24,000 bases of DNA, taken from the NCBI RefSeq assembly GCF_026309355.1, contig NZ_JAPJZK010000002.1, positions 93,485-117,484 of the forward strand, written 5' to 3'. Shown piece by piece: positions 9,756 through 16,560 of this stretch. This DNA comes from Spartinivicinus marinus (GTDB lineage Bacteria > Pseudomonadota > Gammaproteobacteria > Pseudomonadales > Zooshikellaceae). Numbering within the stretch: the stretch's first letter is position 1; each line of letters opens with the position of its first letter. The notes beneath the pieces are model-generated. The model was not told the DNA's origin. It did not search any database and saw only the letters and a list, made by a program, of their open reading frames with translations. A program made the position numbers and the translations under genes.

Positions 9756-10291
9756 TGCTCCACTCCATATTTGGACACAACCGCTGGGTAATGCCTAATA
9801 CCCAGCTCTCTGGCAAGTGAGTCACCTGATGCCACAAATAAATTAAGCCCCTGGCCGACGGCTTTTAAACGCTGCACGGATGCTTCGCTATTCGCATTGA
9901 CGATCAATCCAACCGCATGATTTTTTTTGAGTACGTCATAGTTTGCTTGCATCCACTGGGCTGATACGTTGTCGGTCCCTACAATAAAAAAAGGGGTTTG
10001 CAGCCAAAAGAAATTGGCTTTTTTTGGCGTTACGCGGCCTGGCGTTAACGATGCAGTGATAAAGGGGTAATTAATTGTAATCGTTTTATCGGCGTTCGAT
10101 TTAGCGATGGCCATGGCTCGGCCAATCGATAAATGGCGACTCATAATCCCTTCTATCGGCTGGGTAGGACCCACCTTGCCAATCACGACCATGCGATTGT
10201 TTGGCGTTTCTGTGGGTTTTTGTAAGAGTTCGGCTGATAATGACGTAGAGAGTATGCAGGTGAATAAACTGGTTAATACAATTTTTTCCAC
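9752..10291 (-). CDS. ICE protein with signal peptide (TIGR03765 / PFL_4695-like)
   Basis: 179 aa. GTG start at 10291. Signal peptide MEKIVLTSLFTCILSTSLSA. Sits between SLT and TraD as in the family. Confidence 0.65.
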   Translation of the reverse strand: MEKIVLTSLFTCILSTSLSAELLQKPTETPNNRMVVIGKVGPTQPIEGIMSRHLSIGRAMAIAKSNADKTITINYPFITASLTPGRVTPKKANFFWLQTPFFIVGTDNVSAQWMQANYDVLKKNHAVGLIVNANSEASVQRLKAVGQGLNLFVASGDSLARELGIRHYPAVVSKYGVEQ

Positions 10292-10809
10292 TGTTGTTTG
10301 AACCCCTTTAAATAAATGGCTGCATTTTTTAATTGTTTAGGTGTTTTTCCCGGTGAATGGTATTTCTTAACGGCTTGTTGCCAATCACCTGTCGTGTCAT
10401 GCATTTCTTTAAGGTACGTGGCCCCTGCCACTAGGTTTTTCATGGGATCCAGTGCGTCCCAGGCACTACGAAACCGGTATTTATGCCACCGCCAATTCAC
10501 CTGCATAATGCCTACATCACAACTGCAATTGGGATCATTTTTTAATTCATTAAGTAGATTTTGGTAGGCGGCTTGTCGTGTATGAAAACGTCGACTCTCC
10601 CCCCTTACATTCAACGTCCACGGCCAAGGACGACTGACATTGACATGCTTAACAGGTACCTTCCACCGGCTTTCTTGATTAGCAATGGCATACAGAACGG
10701 ATGCCGGTACACCCACCTTTTTCGCCACCTGCAGATAAGCCCCCGGTATATCTTCTGCGTGACACGGCGTAGCCATCACCCAGGCCACAATCAATACTCC
10801 AGTACGCAT
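10273..10809 (-). CDS. Lytic transglycosylase (SLT domain)
   Basis: 178 aa. Signal peptide. Catalytic-Glu motif LYAIANQESRW. Later GIMQVN motif typical of SLT family 1. Confidence 0.85.
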   Translation of the reverse strand: MRTGVLIVAWVMATPCHAEDIPGAYLQVAKKVGVPASVLYAIANQESRWKVPVKHVNVSRPWPWTLNVRGESRRFHTRQAAYQNLLNELKNDPNCSCDVGIMQVNWRWHKYRFRSAWDALDPMKNLVAGATYLKEMHDTTGDWQQAVKKYHSPGKTPKQLKNAAIYLKGFKQQWKKLY

Positions 10810-10811
10810 GG

Positions 10812-11576
10812 CTATAAATAGGTTTCAGGTAGGATTTCGACTTTTCCCCTGGCCTGTAGATACAGTTTATCGCCACCCAAGTGCGTTAATTTTTGATAAG
10901 TGCCATTATCAATATTTAAGGTAATTAATTTGCGATTAACTAACTCGGTTGGGATTTTCTGTTGAGTGGCCCAGTCAATAATCGTGCGTTTGTTTTTTGT
11001 GTTCAGAATGTAAAAATCTACACCGGATAACCACTGTGAGCCCGCTTTACGAATTAATTTTTGAATTGTGTAACGACAGTCTTCACAGGCTAAATCAACA
11101 AAATAAATGGCTCGGCCTTGTTCCTGGTATTGTCCTCCACTTAACATATTTTCAAGCGGAGATTTTAAAAACTTCGAATTATCAATGGGCAATAGATCTG
11201 GATACATTTCTTTTTGCGCTTGGTGAAAAGCACGCTGAAACGCTAACTCAGAGGATACCCGAGCCGACTCCACTTCAACCTGCAGCCTGGCATATTTCCT
11301 ACGTTCTTCGTCGCTCTTCGCGTCTAAACCCAGCACATGGGTGGGATCAAGTGTGGAGTACCAGGTTCCTTTGGGGCCTTGGAGAATTGTTTCATAACGC
11401 TGCCATTCTGAAAGACTTAATCCCCATTGCGTCGCTCTTATTTTTTTTTGCTCAAGGGTTTGTGTGGCAGAATATTGTCCATTCGATTGACTCATTTGTG
11501 ATTGAACCGCTTCCGTTGCATATAACGGCTGGGTTGCCAAGAGTAACCCGGCAATTAAAGGCTTTATAACATTCAT
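10812..11576 (-). CDS. ICE periplasmic protein with thioredoxin-like CxxC (TIGR03759 / PFL_4693-like)
   Basis: The track ORF is 10812..11666. The preferred start is the ATG at 11576, which forms an ATGA overlap with the upstream stop and gives signal peptide MNVIKPLIAGLLLATQPLYA. Contains the CEDC motif (FVDLACEDCRY). Confidence 0.7.
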   Translation of the reverse strand: MNVIKPLIAGLLLATQPLYATEAVQSQMSQSNGQYSATQTLEQKKIRATQWGLSLSEWQRYETILQGPKGTWYSTLDPTHVLGLDAKSDEERRKYARLQVEVESARVSSELAFQRAFHQAQKEMYPDLLPIDNSKFLKSPLENMLSGGQYQEQGRAIYFVDLACEDCRYTIQKLIRKAGSQWLSGVDFYILNTKNKRTIIDWATQQKIPTELVNRKLITLNIDNGTYQKLTHLGGDKLYLQARGKVEILPETYL

Positions 11577-12211
11577 AGTTTTACGCTCCGTTTTACCCGC
11601 TGCCCATTGCGTTGATGAATAAACGTCACTTGCATCTGTTGCATATTGACTGAACTCACCACCCACTGGTTAATCACACTGCCCACTTGCACCATCTGCA
11701 CGCCACCCGGTGTCATCACGCCGACATAGTGAGCATCCCCCCATCGATCAATGGCGCTCACCTGGTAGGGAAACGAATAACGAGGGGCTCGATAAGTTTT
11801 TTTAACGATTGTTGGCGTTGGTTGAGTGGCTGCCTTGGCATGTAATTTTTCTTGATTTTCTAACGCTTCCAATCTGGATTTTACGCTTTCAAATGCTTCA
11901 ATCTTTTTCGATAAACTGGTTAAATCTGCACGCAGGGTACCTAAATGGTTTTCTGCGGTAGTGACCGTTTGTTCTAGGTGTTGCAGTGCATTATCAACCG
12001 TTTTGAGCTGTGCTTGATGACTACCCTCTTGCTGTTTTAACTGCGCCACACCTACCGTGACATCATCAAGGGCATTTTTTACCTGGGTTAATTGCGATAA
12101 TTCAGCATATTCAGGTGTTGGTGCAGGGTTAGCCTCAACGGATTGCTCACTACAACCACTGACCAGGCAAGCGGACGACATTAACCACACCATTGATAGT
12201 TTATAATTCAT
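11573..12211 (-). CDS. Coiled-coil lipoprotein of the transfer region (function unknown; C-terminal beta-rich domain tentatively PilP-like)
   Basis: The track ORF is 11573..12256. The preferred ATG at 12211 (AAGGG 7 nt upstream) gives MNYKLSMVWLMSSACLVSGC with lipobox VSGC. Central heptad region present. Confidence 0.6.
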   Translation of the reverse strand: MNYKLSMVWLMSSACLVSGCSEQSVEANPAPTPEYAELSQLTQVKNALDDVTVGVAQLKQQEGSHQAQLKTVDNALQHLEQTVTTAENHLGTLRADLTSLSKKIEAFESVKSRLEALENQEKLHAKAATQPTPTIVKKTYRAPRYSFPYQVSAIDRWGDAHYVGVMTPGGVQMVQVGSVINQWVVSSVNMQQMQVTFIHQRNGQRVKRSVKL

Positions 12212-12215
12212 GCCA

Positions 12216-13016
12216 CTACCCTTGATTCGTCTTGTTTGCATTACGCCAGAGGGCAAAGTGCTCTTTCACAATCTTTTTCGCTTGCCCTTTCGTGTGTTGT
12301 TCTATTACAGCCACAGAAGGAATTGATAAGGTCACACCAGGCCGGAGGTTATTGAGGTTTTTACTGTAAAAAGCCATGGGATTGGCTTGATAAATAGCCA
12401 CTTGCACTTGATCCAATGATAAAAAACTCCGCACATACCGCTCTGCTATTTTTGACAGCGAATCCCCCGCGTTAACTAAATAGTGACGGCTATGTGGGGT
12501 ATAGCCCTGTTTTATAGGGATGGTTCCGCTTTCCACAATGGCAACAGGCATTTTTCGTCGTAAAGACCAACTGACCTTGGCTTTAGCGAGGGTATTTTTA
12601 TCAATAAAACGTTTAAAATCCGGTTTGATGGTGTAGCCAATTTCCCGAATAACAGGATTAATCGCCAACTGATAGCCATCACCTGCCAACACGTTTAATA
12701 CATCTTCTAATGTGGCTGGGCCAATTCGACGATGAATAGAGGGCAGTTTTAAACTATATAAACTAAATAAATAGGGATTATGTTCAGAAGGCTGTTCAAG
12801 ACGGTAGCCTGAACGCATTAATACCCATTCAAGTGCATCGCCTACCGTTTTCACTTGAGAAGGAAAACGCATATTGACCATGACCGATAATAAATGTTGT
12901 TGATCGGCAGTTGGCTCAGCTTTTTGAAGGGTATAACGGTCGAGTCGTACTACTTTGTCTGCATGAGATAAGCTAATGACGCAGCTCGCCATTAGCGCTG
13001 CTGCTATTTTTTTCAT
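12216..13016 (-). CDS. pilL: PilL-like conjugative transfer region protein (TIGR03748-like) with C-terminal LysM/FimV-like segment
   Basis: The track start at 13034 is a TTG. The preferred ATG at 13016 is preceded by GAGGAA and gives signal peptide MKKIAAALMASCVISLSHA. C-terminal segment GDSLSKIAERY...LRPGVTLSIP. First gene of the transfer operon. Confidence 0.7.
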   Translation of the reverse strand: MKKIAAALMASCVISLSHADKVVRLDRYTLQKAEPTADQQHLLSVMVNMRFPSQVKTVGDALEWVLMRSGYRLEQPSEHNPYLFSLYSLKLPSIHRRIGPATLEDVLNVLAGDGYQLAINPVIREIGYTIKPDFKRFIDKNTLAKAKVSWSLRRKMPVAIVESGTIPIKQGYTPHSRHYLVNAGDSLSKIAERYVRSFLSLDQVQVAIYQANPMAFYSKNLNNLRPGVTLSIPSVAVIEQHTKGQAKKIVKEHFALWRNANKTNQG

Positions 13017-13072
13017 TGCATTATGTTTCCTCAATTGTTGTTAACTTTATTATTTACAATTGATCAACAAAC

Positions 13073-13113
13073 ACAATAGAGTTATCTTTCATTTTTTAAT
13101 GCCGAATTCTTTT
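13073..13113 (-). promoter_or_regulatory. Conserved box upstream of the pilL-to-traD operon
   Basis: Partner of 6885..6925. It lies 64 nt upstream of the pilL ATG at 13016. Confidence 0.7.
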
Positions 13114-13169
13114 TGGCAAAAATTGATTCGACATCACGTCATTAAACTGTTTTATATAAGTCGTTGTCG

Positions 13170-13421
13170 TTAGCAACTACGAATAAGCGGTTTATATTCT
13201 TTCGTTTCTTCCATCACGGCATAAATACCCGCCAGTATACAAGCCTTAATGTCATCTGGTTGAGGTAAACAACCTAAGTCGTCAGCCGTTAATGACTTCT
13301 CTACCCATTGGCCACAATGGGTCCAATAGCGAATTAAAAATTCTTCAGACGCTATCTCAATACTGTATTCCCACGCTTTACCATTGATGCGCTGATCTTC
13401 TCTGGTCACTTGATGCCACAT
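13170..13421 (-). CDS. Small hypothetical protein, tentative fourth member of the local paralog family
   Basis: The track start at 13457 lies inside a terminator hairpin. The preferred ATG at 13421 is preceded by AGGAA. The N-terminus RINGKAWEYSIEIASEEFLIRYW resembles YRGKHWEYEFEDLSDALTMYH of the 15269..15661 protein. Confidence 0.55.
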   Translation of the reverse strand: MWHQVTREDQRINGKAWEYSIEIASEEFLIRYWTHCGQWVEKSLTADDLGCLPQPDDIKACILAGIYAVMEETKEYKPLIRSC

Positions 13422-13433
13422 AATTGTTCCTAT

Positions 13434-13460
13434 AAAAAAGGGGATGTTAATTAACATCCC
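13434..13460 (-). terminator. Rho-independent terminator after the GP88-like gene
   Basis: Perfect 20-bp palindrome GGGATGTTAATTAACATCCC (13441-13460), i.e. an 8-bp stem with a 4-nt loop. On the minus strand it is followed by CTTTTTTATA. It lies 10 nt downstream of the stop at 13470. Confidence 0.7.
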
Positions 13461-13469
13461 TAAATTAAG

Positions 13470-14114
13470 TTACACTTGCTTTAATTGTAATCGTTTTTTT
13501 TGACTAACACCATGCAGCCTGTAGGCTACAACAGGTACTGTCTTATCCCAACACGCTCGGCACTTTTGACACGTCCCATGTTGCTGAGAAGCAGGACAAA
13601 TATAGACACCTTCAATCGCATGGATAGTCTCATCATCAATAATGATAGATCCATGTTCTTCGTTATATTCACCGACAATAGAGTCACTGGAATAACGAAC
13701 GCAAACATTTTGCAATTGGTTAAGCTGCTCAAGGTATGTCCGTATTTTTGGAAATTTGTGAGACCGAGTAGGAATCCAGTGGCTTACCCAAGGTGTTCTT
13801 TGGCAAACCACTAGAATTTTCTTGGCCAGTTCAGGATGAAAAATGTCGCCTGAATCAAACCATCTAAAAAAACGGTCATTATCAAGCGCTTCCACCATAT
13901 CACTCACCCAGTCGTCTCGTTTCCAATCGATATAATTGTTCTGTCGAGTTGCTTTAACAGAGCCAAACCTATATCGGCCTTTACTCGCATAACATACTTT
14001 ACAAGCGTCTACTGTGTTACCATGATTATCTTTAGAACCGGGACAGGTATTAATCGCTTCTAATGACCAGCTTTTAATATTACCCAGTTTCTTAACAACA
14101 GATAATTTGATCAT
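13470..14114 (-). CDS. Cys-rich protein resembling the phage GP88 family (Pfam GP88-like), function unknown
   Basis: 214 aa. Motifs recalled from that family: N-terminal TCPGS...CKVCYASKGRY, central FRWFDSGDIF...WIPTRSH, C-terminal CPA...CQKCRACW. Assignment is from memory only. Confidence 0.5.
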   Translation of the reverse strand: MIKLSVVKKLGNIKSWSLEAINTCPGSKDNHGNTVDACKVCYASKGRYRFGSVKATRQNNYIDWKRDDWVSDMVEALDNDRFFRWFDSGDIFHPELAKKILVVCQRTPWVSHWIPTRSHKFPKIRTYLEQLNQLQNVCVRYSSDSIVGEYNEEHGSIIIDDETIHAIEGVYICPASQQHGTCQKCRACWDKTVPVVAYRLHGVSQKKRLQLKQV

Positions 14115-14203
14115 ATAAATACAATCTCAAATACAACAGGCACTGCGAAACAGCGTCACCCTCAACCATTGAGCCTATATGGTGACTTTTTCTACTTAGG
14201 GTG

Positions 14204-14572
14204 TTAACGATTTAAGGTACTCATGCCACTCTTGTCGTGCCGTTTTTTATACGCTTGCTTGCGTTTATGTTTATACGCCAATACTTCAGTATTGCTGGGA
14301 ATTGACATATAACCATCAAAACGCACTTTGCTGTAATCATTATCAGCTAACATAATTGCCGCCTCAAAATCCAGCACAAGAGATGGACTTGACTCTGTAT
14401 CAACTAAAAAAACCGGTATATTTTGCTCACCCTGTCTTTTCTCGATACTCACCTTATCACCCCATGAAAGTTCGCATTCCTGATACCAAGCTAACGCTTC
14501 CGCATAGGCATTAAACTCAAATACATAAAGTTCGTCGTCACTGTAACTATAAGCTTTAACAGCAAAGTACAT
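14204..14572 (-). CDS. Small protein, paralog family member (most diverged)
   Basis: 122 aa. ATG preceded by AAAGG. N-terminal domain MYFAVKAYSYSDDELYVFEFNAYAEALAWYQECELSWGDK...IPVFLV aligns with the two paralogs upstream. Basic C-terminal tail. Confidence 0.65.
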   Translation of the reverse strand: MYFAVKAYSYSDDELYVFEFNAYAEALAWYQECELSWGDKVSIEKRQGEQNIPVFLVDTESSPSLVLDFEAAIMLADNDYSKVRFDGYMSIPSNTEVLAYKHKRKQAYKKRHDKSGMSTLNR

Positions 14573-14590
14573 AATCGATTACCTTTATTG

Positions 14591-14623
14591 GGATAAAATA
14601 GCACTCAGCCGGATACGACTGAG
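14591..14623 (-). terminator. Terminator-like hairpin between two paralog genes
   Basis: ACTCAG-N10-CTGAGT (14602-14623), followed on the minus strand by GCTATTTTATC. A longer imperfect hairpin lies just upstream: AGTCGGGC...GCCCGACT (14631-14670), with inner CTG/CAG and TAGC/GCTA pairs. Confidence 0.45.
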
Positions 14624-14709
14624 TAAAATTCAGTCGGGCCGCTGATAGCAGAACGCTAACAGAGCCCGACTAAAAGAATGAAGGTAAATTCATACCACTC
14701 ATTAGTTGA

Positions 14710-15099
14710 TTAAAGGAATAACTCGTCAGGAAAATGACCTTTCAAACAACACACTGCATAATAAATCCGTTCTTTCCAGGTTAATTTTTCCTGTTCTAAC
14801 GGTCTATGCTGATTATTTAAAATATCATGTGACCTATAACACGTTTCCATACCACAGAAACTAAGCGTTTCATTCAGAACATCGGCTTGCAGTCTGGCTT
14901 GTTCCCAGCCTTCAACTCGCTCTGTTCCTACATAAAAACAAGGTACTTCATAAGGTCCAGTCATTTTTAACAATCTTTTTGTGTCTCCTGAAGACAACAC
15001 AATCTCATTGTATGCCGTTAATGCATCTGAGTAATTTTCATAAAAACAATTATGACACTTATACTCTTCATCATTTAAGACATGTAAGACCTGATACAT
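14710..15099 (-). CDS. Small protein, paralog family member
   Basis: The track start at 15105 is a GTG. The preferred ATG at 15099 has AAGGG 8 nt upstream. It shares YSDALTAYNEIVLSSGDTKRLL...EVPCFYVGTERVEGWEQAR and C-terminal LKGHFPDELF with the next paralog. Confidence 0.7.
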   Translation of the reverse strand: MYQVLHVLNDEEYKCHNCFYENYSDALTAYNEIVLSSGDTKRLLKMTGPYEVPCFYVGTERVEGWEQARLQADVLNETLSFCGMETCYRSHDILNNQHRPLEQEKLTWKERIYYAVCCLKGHFPDELFL

Positions 15100-15160
15100 A
15101 ATCACTACCCTTTTTTAGGCAAATAGAATTGAGTAGAAAAACTACTGAATTAGGAAAAGT

Positions 15161-15244
15161 CACCAACAACACAAGGTTATTAGTGGCTCACAATAATTAG
15201 CTAACAGGCAATACCTGAACGCTATAGACAAAAAATAATGGCAA
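15161..15244 (-). repeat. 84-bp intergenic repeat, copy A (partner 15708..15791)
   Basis: caccaacaacacaaggttattagtggctcacaataattagctaacaggcaatacctgaacgctatagacaaaaaataatggcaa matches copy B with about 5 mismatches. The offset between copies is 547 bp. Confidence 0.9.
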
Positions 15245-15268
15245 AGAGATTTATAGAAGATAATCCTT

Positions 15269-15661
15269 TCAACAGAATAACTCTGCAGGTAAATGTCCTT
15301 TTAGAACCCACTTGATCAAGTACAACCTTCTTGACCAAGACATCCTAGAACTCTTTTTATACAGTTCATTTTTCTCTTTGTTTAGAAGAGTATGCACTTT
15401 ATATCGAGTTACCATATGGCTAAAAACAGCGCCTGCATTTCTAGACTTCTCTAATTGCCTCGCTTTATCCCAGCCTTCAACACGTTTAGAACCAACATAA
15501 AAAACGGGTACTTCGTGTGGCTGCTCCACTTCTATCAGTTGTTTTATATCACCTGGGGATAGGAATATTTCGTGATACATAGTTAAAGCATCGCTTAAAT
15601 CTTCAAACTCATATTCCCAATGCTTCCCACGATAAAACTCATCCTGACAAACAAGATACAT
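15269..15661 (-). CDS. Small protein, paralog family member
   Basis: The track start at 15682 is a TTG. The preferred ATG at 15661 has AAAGG 8 nt upstream. Conserved segments LSDALTMYHEIFLSPGDIKQLI...EVPVFYVGSKRVEGWDKAR and C-terminal LKGHLPAELF. Confidence 0.7.
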   Translation of the reverse strand: MYLVCQDEFYRGKHWEYEFEDLSDALTMYHEIFLSPGDIKQLIEVEQPHEVPVFYVGSKRVEGWDKARQLEKSRNAGAVFSHMVTRYKVHTLLNKEKNELYKKSSRMSWSRRLYLIKWVLKGHLPAELFC

Positions 15662-15707
15662 AGTAAATACCTTTACAATCAATAATGATTGAATGAGGAC
15701 AGTAAGC

Positions 15708-15791
15708 CACTAACAACACACGGTTATTAGTGGCTCACAATAATTAGCTAACAGGCAATACCTGAAGGCTATAGACAAAAAATAATGACAA
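15708..15791 (-). repeat. 84-bp intergenic repeat, copy B
   Basis: See copy A. It starts 2 nt after the stop of the 15794.. ORF and ends 46 nt upstream of the ATG at 15661. Confidence 0.9.
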
Positions 15792-15793
15792 TA

Positions 15794-16135
15794 TTACGCC
15801 ATTGTTTTCATAGTCTGTGGGACTAATTGAATATATCGTTCATAACGAAATTCGTTATCAACCTGACGAAACGCCTGGTCAGGTCTGATATCATTAATAG
15901 TGGACTTATCATCTTTCACAAGATTTAGAGCCATTACTAACAGGTCCAGTGGTTGTGAATCAGAAACAACCCCTTCTCCTTTAATACAAACCAAATGCTC
16001 GTCAATGGATAAATCAATACTTCCTTCGACTAGTTTTTGGTTTACCTCAGTCACAATCGCTTTTAATAAAGTGGCTTGATGACTAGGTAGTTTGCCTGAA
16101 AAATAAATCCAACCGGATAGTTCAACAAAATACAT
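15794..16135 (-). CDS. Hypothetical protein
   Basis: The track ORF is 15794..16204. The preferred ATG at 16135 (GGAA 6 nt upstream) gives MYFVELSGWIYF.... No recognisable motif. Confidence 0.5.
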   Translation of the reverse strand: MYFVELSGWIYFSGKLPSHQATLLKAIVTEVNQKLVEGSIDLSIDEHLVCIKGEGVVSDSQPLDLLVMALNLVKDDKSTINDIRPDQAFRQVDNEFRYERYIQLVPQTMKTMA

Positions 16136-16496
16136 ACTAATTTCCAAATCAATACAGAAACTGCATACGCAATTGCACCCTCGAAATTGAGTCTGTTGGT
16201 GCATGGGTGCTGGGAATCCAGCGGGTACTTGTGAGACAGCACAAGCAACTGATGGAAATCAGCCAACATTCGTTGAATGATAGGAATAAACCACTATGAC
16301 CTCGCATGGTAGTTTATTGCTATAATTCAACTGACGTATGAATAGTTGTAACTAACGGCTACAAATTTTGATAAAAGGAATAAGCGCCAGGACGGTTTTA
16401 CAACAATATAGGTAAAACATTTGGCAAAGAAATAGAATAAGCGTAAAAGTGATTAACACTTTACGGGGAGTTGGAATAAATCAATTTTTGGAAGAA

Positions 16497-16528
16497 GAGC
16501 TATCTTTAAATAGCTTTGTTTTTTACTG
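16497..16528. terminator. Hairpin with T-tract, 45 nt beyond the recombinase stop
   Basis: AGCTAT-N6-ATAGCT (16498-16515). It is followed on the plus strand by TTTGTTTTTT and on the minus strand by CTTCTTCC. The T-tract fits a plus-strand terminator better, but the only adjacent gene end is on the minus strand. Confidence 0.4.
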
Positions 16529-16560
16529 TTTGAATTATTTTAAACCATCACTACTAAAAG

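Noticed and set aside
10997-11569. 190-aa plus-strand ORF and similar plus-strand ORFs (53..256, 1364..1594, 1846..2088, 3358..3669, 3798..4085, 4607..4924, 6955..7356, 7744..8106, 10561..10821, 13500..13814)
   Set aside because: - All lie antisense to well-supported minus-strand genes.
- They lack ribosome-binding sites and recognisable motifs.
- Their sequences are low-complexity or odd. They are shadow ORFs.
13422-13457. Longer start for the 13170.. ORF (MLINIPFFIGTI...)
   Set aside because: - That ATG lies inside the 20-bp terminator palindrome.
- The downstream ATG at 13421 has an AGGAA ribosome-binding site.
15161-15791. 84-bp repeats as integron attC sites
   Set aside because: - I found no RYYYAAC / GTTRRRY core pair. 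The nearest sequences are AGCTAAC and GTTATTA.
- There are only two copies.
- The nearby recombinase is co-directional and does not look like IntI.
- The cassette idea is kept only as a weak alternative within the finding on these repeats.
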